Assembly: GCA_963771885.1 (NCBI GenBank)
Contig: CAVYVF010000023.1
Location: forward strand, 576,001 to 640,000
Direction: 5' to 3'
Source of the DNA: Candidatus Bathyarchaeota archaeon
Lineage (GTDB): Archaea; Thermoproteota; Bathyarchaeia; TCS64
Length of the DNA: 64,000 bases
The notes below the pieces were generated by a model. The model saw nothing but the letters and a program-made list of their open reading frames with translations. It had not been told where the DNA came from and did no database searches. A program made the translations under genes and the position numbers. Numbering within the stretch: position 1 is the first letter of the stretch; every line of letters begins with the position of its first letter. Shown piece by piece: positions 1-10,056 of the stretch.

Positions 1-77
1 AGTTTAGGATATAGACTTGGCGACGGGGGCGGCCGCCTCCACATAAACAATATGAGGCATCGAGTATCTGAATATTC

Positions 78-1226
78 ATGGAGAGTTGGGTTCCAGTCGC
101 ACTCGTCGCTATGCTCCTAGTTGGAGGCGGTGGTGGCTACTTCGTATCATCAGGTATGTACACCCCACAGATAACATCCTTACAGGGGCAACTCACCGCC
201 TCCCAGCAGGAGACGACCTCCCTGAACACGAACAATCAGGGTCTGTCGCAGGAGAAGGCGATGCTCCAGACTAGCCTCGCGCAGCTCCAGTCTGACTACG
301 CCTCCCTCCAGAGCACGCACACGAACCTGCAGGCGGACTACGCGACCCTGTCATCCCAGTATGACACCCTGAGTGCGGGCGTAGATACCGGCTTTGCATC
401 CCTCTCCTCAGACTACATCCAGCTCCAGAAAGACTACAATGACCTCTCGACCCTCGTCAGCAACAACGTCTACGGTACGCCCGGGGACACCCAGATGCTC
501 AACCACCTCAAGACCTTAACCCTCGCCGTCCGTGGCCTCAACTCTACCCTCTGGAACTACTGCAACGAGGTATCCAGTTTCAGAAGGACCTTAACGACGG
601 GTGAGGTACTGAAGATGGAGACCCCGGTCAGGGCCGTAATTGGTTCAACCACAGACTCTTGGGCCATCTATCAGAAGATACACGATTACGTCACCTCGAA
701 CGTCGAGTACGTCTATGATGTTGATATCCCATACGTCTCATTCTACACATACCTTGACGTCAATGGGGTCCGCTATCTCACCGACTTCGAAGTGGAGACT
801 ATAGCCAACTATGTGCAGACGCCCGAGTGGACGCTCACACAGAAGCAGGGCGACTGTGACGACCAAGCCGCCCTCGAATACGCGATGCTACGATACTACA
901 ATAAGTACATCGCCGGAACAGACTACCACATATACCTCACAGAGCTAGACTTCTCCGACGGCTCAAGCCACGTGGCGGTCTTCATGCCCGTCACAGGTGG
1001 AAAACTGACTATCCTCGACCCCGCAGGTAATTACCTTACGAAGACCGGCTCCACGATAGCGTCGAAGGCGGCTGTCTCGGAGCTCGACGCGTATAATACC
1101 CACTGGTCGAAGAACGGCCAGATCACGAGGATCAGGCTCTATTCCATCGACATGACGGATGGAAGCTACACGAAGGTCTCCGAGGGAACGCGGGCGCAGG
1201 TAGCCTCATTCTTGGCTACCGGCTAA
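78..1226 (+). CDS. Membrane-anchored coiled-coil protein with transglutaminase-like (Cys-His-Asp) domain
   Basis: N-terminal hydrophobic segment, long heptad-like L/Y-rich stretch, GDCDDQA motif, later SHVAV and ILDP motifs. Confidence 0.7.
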   Translation: MESWVPVALVAMLLVGGGGGYFVSSGMYTPQITSLQGQLTASQQETTSLNTNNQGLSQEKAMLQTSLAQLQSDYASLQSTHTNLQADYATLSSQYDTLSAGVDTGFASLSSDYIQLQKDYNDLSTLVSNNVYGTPGDTQMLNHLKTLTLAVRGLNSTLWNYCNEVSSFRRTLTTGEVLKMETPVRAVIGSTTDSWAIYQKIHDYVTSNVEYVYDVDIPYVSFYTYLDVNGVRYLTDFEVETIANYVQTPEWTLTQKQGDCDDQAALEYAMLRYYNKYIAGTDYHIYLTELDFSDGSSHVAVFMPVTGGKLTILDPAGNYLTKTGSTIASKAAVSELDAYNTHWSKNGQITRIRLYSIDMTDGSYTKVSEGTRAQVASFLATG

Positions 1227-1250
1227 AAAAATGTAATTTAAAAAGCTGAT

Positions 1251-2177
1251 CTAGATGTCGAGCTTAAGGGCTTCCTTGAGGCCCTTATAGCGGTTTCTGA
1301 TGGTGACCTCGGTAACGCCGGCGGCGTCCGCGATCATCTTCTGCGTCCTCTTCTCCTCGTTCATCACACAGGCTATGTAGAGGGCTGCAGCGGCTAGACC
1401 CATGGGGTCCTTGCCTGCTGTGGTGCGCTTCTTCTCCGCCTGTTCGAGGAGGTTGACGGCTGTCTGCTGTGTGCGCTCGCCGATGTTGACCTTGGCGGCG
1501 ATCTTTGGGACCCTGTACTGTGCCTTCGGGATGGGCATCTGGATGGTTAGTTCCCTTAATAGTAGCCTGTAGCAGCGGGCGAGGTCCTTCTTGTCGATGG
1601 TGGAGACACGTGCGAGTTCGCGTAGTGTCCTGGGTGTGCCTGTTGCACGGCATGCTGCGTAGAGGCTGGCTGCGGCGATGGCTGAGATGCTACGGCCCCT
1701 GACGAGGCCCTTCTCGAGAGCCTTCCTGTAGATGACTGCGGCGCGCTCCTTGACCTGCTTCGGGATGTGTAGCTTGTCGCAGAGCCTGCTGAGTTCGGTC
1801 ATGGCGTGGCTGAGGTTGCGGTCGACGCTGCTCTGGTAGCTGCTCCTGATGTGCCACTTCTTGAGGCGGAGCATCTGGAACATTGTCTTGCTGGGTATGG
1901 TTCGGCCGAAGGCGTCCTTGCCGACCTGGCCGATCATCGTGCTAAGGCCCTTGTCGTGCACTGAGAAGCTTAGGGGCATGCCCACACGGCTTCGGCTCTC
2001 CCTCTCGTCTTGGCTGAACGCTCTCCACTCTGGGCCGTCGTTCATGAGATTGTCCGCCATGACGAGCCCGCACCCTCCGCAGATCTTCTCGCCTGTATCG
2101 TTGTCGATAATGAGGTTCTTGGATCCACACTCTGGGCACGAATCGCTGTTTGACGCCTGCTCCGTCTTGACTATCAT
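1251..2177 (-). CDS. tfb: Transcription initiation factor IIB
   Basis: CPECG...CGGCG Zn ribbon, GPEWRAF B-reader, two cyclin repeats, GVTEVTIRNRYK. Confidence 0.97.
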   Translation of the reverse strand: MIVKTEQASNSDSCPECGSKNLIIDNDTGEKICGGCGLVMADNLMNDGPEWRAFSQDERESRSRVGMPLSFSVHDKGLSTMIGQVGKDAFGRTIPSKTMFQMLRLKKWHIRSSYQSSVDRNLSHAMTELSRLCDKLHIPKQVKERAAVIYRKALEKGLVRGRSISAIAAASLYAACRATGTPRTLRELARVSTIDKKDLARCYRLLLRELTIQMPIPKAQYRVPKIAAKVNIGERTQQTAVNLLEQAEKKRTTAGKDPMGLAAAALYIACVMNEEKRTQKMIADAAGVTEVTIRNRYKGLKEALKLDI

Positions 2178-2502
2178 CGTTTCATACTTCCTCGTCTGCT
2201 TCGGGGGCGGAATATTCCGATTATTACCGGAATGGGGCTCCGCTGACCCATAGAGTATGGCATCACCCCGCCACTAGTATTTAATCTTTCCCACTATATT
2301 TACTATATGGCTCCGATAAATAGCTGAGGTTATAGCATTTACTAGTATTGATGGTAATCAAAAATGGGTAACTTTAATCCCTTGGGGAATAATATGGGCT
2401 CCCTGGTCTCACATTTAACCGTTTCGGAGTCTAGCTCCTTTTTCTTGTTTTTTACCCGCGCGCGGGCAACCCTTTAATGGCGCGGGGGCGGAATACGCGT
2501 CC

Positions 2503-3364
2503 ATGAGCGAGATTCCGAGAGCGCCGATCGCCGTTATTGGCGGCTCTGCCAACATGAACGCAAGGTTCCCCGAGGACTTTCCCGGCGTCGAGGTTATCAC
2601 GAAGGACGTCGTATACGACACGCCCTTCGGGCCTTCCGCCCCCTTCACACACGCGAAAATCAACGGCCGAGAGTTCCTAAGTGTTCCCTTCCACGGGATC
2701 ACGAAGACGATCAGAAACATTGAGCCCAACAGTGCGGGTGAGCGTGTCTTCTACGTCCTCTGGAAGGCGGGGGTCAAAAAGATACTCGGCACAGCCCTCT
2801 GTGGCTCCTCTAACAGGCTCCTCGATCCCGCTGACGCTGTTATACCTGACGGCTTCGTCGACTATACGACGAAGAGGTGTCAGGCCTTCTTCAGGGCGCT
2901 AGAATCGAAGGGCGTTGAAGGGGAGAGGACTAGCTACCGTCTCCACCAGAGCTTCTGCCCCGAGCTTAGTAGGGGACTCTACATGAACGTGAAGAAAGCG
3001 GGTTTTCCGCGTGTCTTCCAGCGCGGCGTCGTAGGCGTTGCCGAGGGTCCCCACCTCGAGTCACCGGACGAGATCAGGATCAGGTACACGAACGCGGGGA
3101 TTGACGTGGTCACGATGAACCTCGTGCCAGAGGTTTTCTTCGCACGAGAGATCGGCGCCTGCTACGCCTGCGTAGAAGTCGTCTCCAACTACGGCGAGGG
3201 CTGCGTATCCACGACATGGGAGGGTAAGATGGCCTTCAGCGACTTCCAGGCCAAGTGGGCGCGCCCCACGGGGCAGGCTCTCCTCGACACCGTCGCCGAG
3301 ATTGAACCCGAAGAGCGATGAGTGTGGCTGCCACACTTACCGGTGGAAGTCCATCTTCGGCTAG
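2503..3364 (+). CDS. MTAP-family purine nucleoside phosphorylase (frameshift near 3317)
   Basis: IAVIGGS, TPFGPS, EGPHLES, DVVTMNLVPEVFFAREIG motifs; alternative frame gives a DECGCHTY C-terminus ending TAG 3364. Confidence 0.85.
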
Positions 3365-3395
3365 TCGTCACGCTCACAACATTTAAGTTCGCCAA

Positions 3396-3423
3396 GCCGG
3401 TTTACAACTTCTGGTTTACAACC
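3396..3423. promoter_or_regulatory. Putative operator at promoter of Phr-like regulator (two GGTTTACAAC units, 14-bp spacing)
   Basis: gccggtttacaacttctggtttacaacc lies downstream of TATA-like TTTAAG (3382-3387); 24/28 identical to 4171-4198. Confidence 0.75.
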
Positions 3424-4136
3424 GTGTCGAACAAGAAGAGGACCCAAGGAAGGACTTCGAAGCCGTCGTAGGCGTCCTCGGGAACCCCGTTCGACGCAAT
3501 ATCATAAAGAAGCTCAGCGAGGGCCCCGACTACACCCTACGACTCAGCAACGAGCTAAATATCCACCAGCAGCTCGCCGCCAAGCACCTCAAGGTAATAC
3601 AGGACGCCGAGCTCGTCGACGTGGTACGCCAGAAGAGCACCGCCGGCGCCGACAAGAACGTATTCCACCTCAACAAGTTCTACAGCCTCCAGATAGACTT
3701 CAGCCCCAGCCTCTACAACGAGAGGCTGATCAGCTTCAACAACCCCCACCAGTGGATACAAGAGGACAACTACATGGAGCGGCTGGAGGAGCAGGTTAAG
3801 GACATCGAGGAGGAGAAGCTCAACGTCGAGGATGTCTCCCCACTAAGGCAGGTTGTCGAGTTGATAGACGAGGAGCTTGACGGCCTCGAGAAGAGGCGCG
3901 CCAGACTGCTCTACATACGCAACCTCGCCCTCGGCGCAGCTCAAGGCGCGGTCGAGGATCTCGATCGGAGGAAGCAGCATATAATCCAGCGCCTCATGGA
4001 CCTCGGCCCCACGAGCATAGATGCACTAAGCAAGACGCTTCAGCTCAAGGAGGCCGACGTCCGCGACATCGTGTCCGAGCTGGAGAAGGAGGGCCTCGTC
4101 AGTAGGGACGAGGAAGTTATAAGCCTGAACACGTGA
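3424..4136 (+). CDS. ArsR-type wHTH regulator, Phr/HSR1 heat-shock regulator-like (frameshift near 3447)
   Basis: Frame upstream of the called ORF reads VLGNPVRRNIIKKLSEGPDYTLRLSNELNIHQQLAAKHLKVIQDAELV; coiled coil and second C-terminal HTH; GTG start at 3424. Confidence 0.8.
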
Positions 4137-4170
4137 CCTATTCTAGACCATCGAAAGGTTTTTTATTACC

Positions 4171-4212
4171 GCCGGTATACAACTGTCGGTTTACAACCAG
4201 AAGTGGTACACC
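4171..4212. promoter_or_regulatory. Putative operator at thermosome operon promoter
   Basis: gccggtatacaactgtcggtttacaaccagaagtggtacacc directly after GAAA...TTTTATTA (4153-4168). Confidence 0.75.
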
Positions 4213-4301
4213 GTGATGTATGACAGATTGACCCTGAGCGCCGTCTCGACGGGTGAGGGGGCACGCGGTTGTATCCCTTGTATTTCAATGGAGATGAATG
4301 A

Positions 4302-5981
4302 ATGAGCGCACAAGGTGGAGGAAATCAGCCCATATATATCCTCAAGGAAGGAACTGAGAGGAACACGGGCAATGACGCTCGCGGTAACAATATCATGGCC
4401 GCGAAGATCGTCGCCGAGGCCGTAAAGACGAGCCTCGGCCCCAAGGGCATGGACAAGATGCTCGTCGACAGCTTCGGCGACGTCACCATTACGAACGATG
4501 GCGCTACGATGCTGAAGGAGATGGATATCCAGCACCCTGCCGCCAAGATGATGGTAGAGGTGTCGAAGACCCAGGACTCTGAGGTCGGCGACGGTACAAC
4601 CAGCGTCGTGGTTCTCGCGGGCGAACTCCTCGGTAAAGCCACGGACCTAATGGACAAGAAGGTCCACCCAACCGTCATCATCGACGGCTACAGGGCGGCT
4701 CAGGAGGAGGCGCTGAAGATCCTCGACGACATAGCTATCAAGGTCAAGCCTAAGGACAAGGAGATCCTGAAGAAGGTCGCCAAGACCACGATGTCGACGA
4801 AGCTCGTCAGCAGCCACAGTGGCTACCTCTCCGAGATCGCCGTCGACGCGGTTCTCCAGGTCGCCGAAGAGGCGAACGGCGGAATGAAGGTCGACCTCGA
4901 CATGATCAAGGTCGAGAAGAAGCCCGGAGGCTCGATGACCGACACGGTCCTCGTCAAGGGACTCATCATCGACAAGGAGGTCGCCCACAGCGACATGCCC
5001 AAGCTCGTTAAGAAGGCGAAGATCGGGCTCCTCGACGCCGCTATGGAGATCGAGAAGACCGAGTTCACCAGCAAGATCAGCATCGAGACGCCCGACGAGA
5101 TGCAGGCCTACCTCGACGAGGAGGAGAAGATGCTCCGCGACATGGTAAAGAAGGTGAAGGACGCCGGCGTCAACGTGCTCCTCTGCCAGAAGGGCATCGA
5201 CGACATGGTCCAGCACTTCCTCGCACGCGAGGGTATAATGGCCGCTCGCAGGCTCAAGAAGAGCGACATGGAGGCCCTCGCTAAGGCGACGGGCGCCAAG
5301 GTCGTCAGCAGTGTAGACGAGCTGAGCGCATCTGACCTAGGCTACGCCGACGCCGTTGAGGAGAAGAAGATCGGCTCGGACAAGCTCATCTTCGTCGAGG
5401 GCTGCAAGAACCCGAAGGCCGTCAGCATACTCATACGCGGCGGAACGGAGAGGATCGTTGATGAGGCCGAGAGGAGCATCCACGATGCTCTCTGCGTCGT
5501 CAAGGACGTCGTGGAGACGCCCAAGATCGTCGCCGGCGGAGGCGCCGTCGACATCGAGATCGCGAGGAAGCTCCGCGCCTACGCTGAGAAGCTCAAGGGC
5601 AGGGAAAGACTCGCGGTGGCAGCCTTCGCGGACGCCATCGAGGTACTCCCGCACGACCCTCGCCGAGAACGCCGGCATGGACCCCATAGACGCGATGGCC
5701 GAGCTTCAGAGCCGCCACGCAAAGGGCGAGAAATGGGCTGGAGTCGAGGCGATGGAGGCGAAGATAGCCGACATGGAGAAGCTCGAGATCATCGAGCCCA
5801 TGGTAGTCAAGGCACAGGCAATCAAGTCCGCTACTGAGGCGGCAACGATGCTTACTGAAGATCGACGACGTGATCGCGTTCGACGAAGAGCAAGGGCCCA
5901 CCGCCAGGCGCAGAGGGCATGGGCGGTATGGGTGGAATGGGCGGAATGGGAGGCATGGGTGGCATGCCCCCCATGATGTAG
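4302..5981 (+). CDS. Thermosome (group II chaperonin) subunit 1; three frameshifts near 5652, 5854, 5880
   Basis: [28 protein letters not shown] motifs; GGM-repeat tail ending PPMM-TAG at 5981. Confidence 0.96.
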
Positions 5982-5991
5982 GTGAATCAAC

Positions 5992-7640
5992 ATGGCATAC
6001 CAAGGTAACCAGCAGGTAATCGTCCTCAAGGAGGACACGAAGAGGAGCCGCGGACGGGACGCCCGCCGCAGCAACATGATGGCGGGACAGATCATAGCCG
6101 AGGTACTCAAGACGACCCTCGGCCCCCGCGGCATGGACAAGATGCTCGTCGACAGCCTAGGAGACATAACCATCACAAGCGACGGCGCAAAGGTGCTCGA
6201 GGAGATCGACGTACAGCACCCAGCGGCCAAGATGATAATCGAGGTCGCAAAGACCCAGGACAAGGAGGTCGGCGACGGCACAACGACGTCCGTCGTCTTC
6301 GCCGGCGAGCTGCTGAAGAAGGCAGGAGAGCTCCTCGAGCAGGAGATTCACCCAAGCATCGTCATCAGCGGCTACCAGAAGGCGGCTGACAAGGCCCTCG
6401 AGGTCCTGAACAGCGTCGCCATACCCGTCGACATGGATGACAGGGAGACCCTGCTCAAGCTGGCGAGCACCTCGATGAGGAGCAAGACCGTCAGTCAGTG
6501 AGAGGGCGCACCTCGCAGAGGTCGTCGTCGACGCGGTGAAGCAGATCATGGAGACGCGCGATGGCGATCGTAATCGCCGACGTCGACAACATCCAGATCG
6601 TGAAGAAGGAGGGCAAGAGCCTCAAGGAGACCCAGATGATCAAGGGGATCATCGTCGACAAGGAGGTCGTCCACGAGGGGATGCCGAAGAAGCTCAAGAA
6701 CGCCAAGATCGCCCTCCTCAACGCTGCGATGGAGATCGAGAAGACCGAGATCGACGCGGAGATCAGGATAAAGACCCCCGACGGCGTCAAGGCCTTCCTG
6801 GACCAGGAGACCGAGATGCTGAAGAAGATGGTCGACCAGGTCTCAGCCTCAGGCGCCAACGTGCTCCTCTGCCAGAAGGGTATCGACGACATGGCCCAGC
6901 ACTTCCTCGCGAAGGCGGGGATCATGGCCGCCCGCCGCCTCAAGGAGAGCGACATGGAGAAGCTCGCCAAGGCGACTGGAGGCAAGGTCGTCAACAACCT
7001 CAAGGACCTCAAGAAGACCGACCTCGGAGTCTGCGGTCTCGTCGAGGAGAGGAAGGTCGGAAACGACAAGATGATCTTCGTCGAGGAGTGCAAGAACCCC
7101 GCGAGCGTCGCCATCTTCATCCGCGCAGGACTGGAGAGGATGATCGACGAGGCTGAGAGGAGCCTCAACGACGCGCTCTACGTCGTGAGCGACGTCGCCG
7201 AGGTGCCCAAGATGGTGCCAGGCGGCGGCGCGATCGAGATGGAGCTCGCAAAGGAGGTACGCAGCTACGCGCGCCAGGTCGGCGGGCGGGAGCAGCTAGC
7301 CATCGAGGCCTTCGCTGATGCACTCGAGGTCATCCCGAGGACGCTCGCTGAGAACGCGGGCCTAGACCTCCTCGACACCATGGTGGCGATGAAGGCAGCC
7401 CACGAGAAGAAGAATGGCCTCAAGATGGGGGTCAACGTCTTCGAGGGCGGCGTCATCGACATGCTCAAGGAGGGAGTCATCGAGCCAATGGTGGTCAAGC
7501 AGCAGGCGATCAAGAGCAGTATCGAGGTCGCCAGCATGATCCTGAGGATCGACGACGTCGTCGCCGCGAAGAGCGGCGGCGGCCCCGGTGGCCCAGGCGG
7601 CCACGGTGGTATGCCCCCGAGCGGCGGCGACGACGAGTAA
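5992..7640 (+). CDS. Thermosome subunit 2; indels near 6495-6570
   Basis: ORFs 5992..6501 and 6561..7640 are consecutive parts of a chaperonin ([27 protein letters not shown]). Confidence 0.96.
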
Positions 7641-7653
7641 ACCCGTTTCTTAG

Positions 7654-7683
7654 AGCCCCTAGGAACGGGGCTAGCCTATTTTT
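7654..7683 (+). terminator. Hairpin plus T-tract after thermosome operon
   Basis: agcccc-taggaac-ggggct followed by ttttt. Confidence 0.5.
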
Positions 7684-7714
7684 AAATACGATGCGTTCGT
7701 AGTCGAGTCCATGA

Positions 7715-7834
7715 ATGAGACCCTACTTACCGCTTTTCTCGATTGTCGGTCTGGTCACTGTGATAACTACATTTATGACGCCGTACATGATTAAGGCGGG
7801 TCAGAGCATCACGATTGCAGGTGATAAGGCTTAG
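7715..7834 (+). CDS. Small single-TM protein (39 aa) or transporter remnant
   Basis: MRPYLPLFSIVGLVTVITTFMTPYMIKAGQSITIAGDKA; TATA-like TTTAAATA at 7681-7688. Confidence 0.4.
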   Translation: MRPYLPLFSIVGLVTVITTFMTPYMIKAGQSITIAGDKA

Positions 7835-7849
7835 ACCACCTGCGCGGCT

Positions 7850-8248
7850 TTACATCATTGTGCTGGCGAGCCGTTGCGCTACTATCTTACCGACAAGAAT
7901 GCCAGTGATGACGAGCCCGTTTGTCGCGAGCAAGTACGATGCGAATCGAAATGTGTTCCCCTGCTCAAGCAATCTGAATGATTCGTAGCCGAAAGTGCTC
8001 ATAGTCGTATAGGCGCCTAGGACGCCGACCGTGAGCATGGTTCTAGCCTCCAGCGGGACACCTGCGCTGTACTCGGAGAGGTACATTATGGTCCCAAGGA
8101 TGAGTGTGCCCGTAAAGTTGACTGCGAGCGTGCCAGTAGGAAAACCATCCGGGCTGCTGCCTACCCAGCCGCCGACGATATAGCGGAGGACGGCGCCAAT
8201 CATCCCGCCGAGGGCAATTAGTATGAGCGTATTTACGTTGATCGTCAA
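7850..8248 (-). CDS. crcB: Fluoride exporter CrcB/FluC
   Basis: GGMIGAVLRY, FPTGTLAVN, GVLGAYTTMSTF motifs. Confidence 0.93.
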   Translation of the reverse strand: MTINVNTLILIALGGMIGAVLRYIVGGWVGSSPDGFPTGTLAVNFTGTLILGTIMYLSEYSAGVPLEARTMLTVGVLGAYTTMSTFGYESFRLLEQGNTFRFASYLLATNGLVITGILVGKIVAQRLASTMM

Positions 8249-8311
8249 ACTAACTCACACTTGAAATGTAATGCAGACCCTAGCTGCATCGCGGGTTTTA
8301 AGGGTTGATAG

Positions 8312-9325
8312 TCAGCCAACAACCTGCTTTATGAGGCGAAGGTGGTTGCCGCCGAGGATTAATCGAATATAGTCCTCCGAATACTCGCGTCTGACGAGTT
8401 CCTCGGTGATGGCGGGCATCTTCGTGACGTCTTCGAGTCCCATGGGTGTAGAGGGGATGCCGTCGAAGTCGCTCCCCAGCCCAACATGCTCGGGACCGAC
8501 GAGGTCGACTATGTGATCAATGTGGTCCGCGAGGGTCGAGACACTCGGCTTCGTCTTATGGACGAAGTCGGGGGCGAAGTTCATCCCCATGACGCCGCCT
8601 TTCTCAGCGAGCACTTTAATCATTTCGTCTGTCATGTTTCGGGCGTGGGCGCAGACAGCGCGGGCGTTGCTGTGGGTCGCTACGACGGGGTCCTTCGAGA
8701 TCTCCATTACGTCCCAGAAGCCCGCGTCGCTCAAGTGGCTTACATCCACGATCATGCCGAGCCTATTCAGCTCCTCGACAGCCTCGACGCCAATGTTGCT
8801 GAGACCGCCCTTTGTGCGGTTATCGGCGACGCCGTCGGCGAGCAGGTTGCGAAGGCTATGGACGAGGCCGACTATCCTGACACCAAGGCGGTGGTAGACG
8901 CGAAGCATGCTGATGCGCCCCTCGATAACGTCGGATCCCTCGATGCTGAGCATCGCGGCTATCTTCCCTTCCTCGTTCGCCTGAATTATCTCAGCATGGC
9001 TAGTGACGGGGGCAACTAACTTCGGATACTTCTCGCACTCCGTGTAGAATGCCTCTATCATCTCCATCGCGGTGCGGAGGGAGTAGGCCGGTGTGGGGTC
9101 GCGCTCGCCGCTTATGGCGAAGACCTGCAGGTCAACTCCCCCCTCTCTCAGTCGGGGGAGGTCGATGTGGCCAAGCTCGGAGCGCCTGCCGAACCCTACC
9201 TTACTCCTGTCCTGCCACATGCTATCGCGAGGGCGCGTGAACTGTGGGAGTAGACACTTCAACGTGTCGCAGTGGGTGTCGACGACTAGTGCCTGCCTGT
9301 GAAGCCTGAGGGGGTAATCATCCAA
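8312..9325 (-). CDS. Membrane dipeptidase (peptidase M19)
   Basis: DTHCDT, SIEG, DVSHLSD, THSNAR, GLGSDFDG. Confidence 0.93.
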   Translation of the reverse strand: MDDYPLRLHRQALVVDTHCDTLKCLLPQFTRPRDSMWQDRSKVGFGRRSELGHIDLPRLREGGVDLQVFAISGERDPTPAYSLRTAMEMIEAFYTECEKYPKLVAPVTSHAEIIQANEEGKIAAMLSIEGSDVIEGRISMLRVYHRLGVRIVGLVHSLRNLLADGVADNRTKGGLSNIGVEAVEELNRLGMIVDVSHLSDAGFWDVMEISKDPVVATHSNARAVCAHARNMTDEMIKVLAEKGGVMGMNFAPDFVHKTKPSVSTLADHIDHIVDLVGPEHVGLGSDFDGIPSTPMGLEDVTKMPAITEELVRREYSEDYIRLILGGNHLRLIKQVVG

Positions 9326-9367
9326 GCCGGATCAATAGAACCCGGTTCCCCGCGTTTAAAAGGTGGG

Positions 9368-9721
9368 TTAGATGACGAAGTGGTTGCTCTGCTGCCCGAG
9401 CTCGTCCTGCTCGCGCTGCTTAGCGACGCCTTTCTTCATGCCCTCATCCGTGATCTCTATGTCGTACTCGATGAACTTTTCAACCATGCCGAGGATTGTC
9501 TGGCTCATCTCCTCAAGCTCCTCCTTCGTGAAGTTGCTCATCACCTCGGGGCTGTTGACCCATTGCATCCACCCCGCGAGGCTCTGGCCGAGCGCCATGA
9601 AGCCGAAGCGCATCGCCCTGACCCTGTCGAGGCGGTCCTGATCCTTTTTCTCCCTGAGCTTCCGCAGCTCCTCCAGGGTCTTCTCACTGCGCTCGACCCA
9701 GTTGACGTTGAGGGCTTCCAT
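9368..9721 (-). CDS. DUF2153 family protein
   Basis: Helical archaeal protein with DRLD, W..W...P..M and FIEYDIE patterns. Confidence 0.7.
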   Translation of the reverse strand: MEALNVNWVERSEKTLEELRKLREKKDQDRLDRVRAMRFGFMALGQSLAGWMQWVNSPEVMSNFTKEELEEMSQTILGMVEKFIEYDIEITDEGMKKGVAKQREQDELGQQSNHFVI

Positions 9722-9813
9722 TTCGTAGAAGCCTCTTCGCTCGCCCCTAAAAACGTCTCCGGTCAGCCCTCCGGGTAGGGTTTAAATCGGTCATGCCTCG
9801 GGTATTTGGTGGG

Positions 9814-9900
9814 GCCGGGGTCTCCTAGCTCGGTAGGGAGCCAGCCTGGAAAGCTGGTGTCCTTATGGACTCGAGGGTTCAAATCCCTCTCCCGGCGCCA
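9814..9900 (+). tRNA. tRNA-Ser (GGA), intron-less, CCA encoded
   Basis: Acceptor GCCGGGG/TCCCGGC, anticodon arm ccagc-ctGGAaa-gctgg, long variable arm gtcc-ttat-ggac, GGTTCAAATCC T arm, TATA TTTAAAT at 9781. Confidence 0.96.
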
Positions 9901-10056
9901 AATCATCTAAACTCCTGCTGCGTCGAGAAAATATATACACACTCGGAAAAATTTGAGGCGATTGATGCCATGGTATGAGTATGGCATCGTCGATTATTAG
10001 TTCTAGCTATTTTTCTCGATGTTAAGAAGAATGAATTTCCCCACGATGTGTATCTG

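Noticed and set aside
5910..5981. Short tandem repeat ggcatg/ggaatg
   Set aside because: Encodes the ordinary GGM tail of a chaperonin; not CRISPR or a VNTR of interest
4302..7640. Long imperfect direct repeat
   Set aside because: Paralogous thermosome genes, not a mobile or assembly repeat
8249..8311. Fluoride riboswitch upstream of crcB (hairpin ATGCAG/CTGCAT at 8271-8289)
   Set aside because: Only a GCGATG start resembles the consensus; the GTTCGCC and GATGAC-CCT elements are not present
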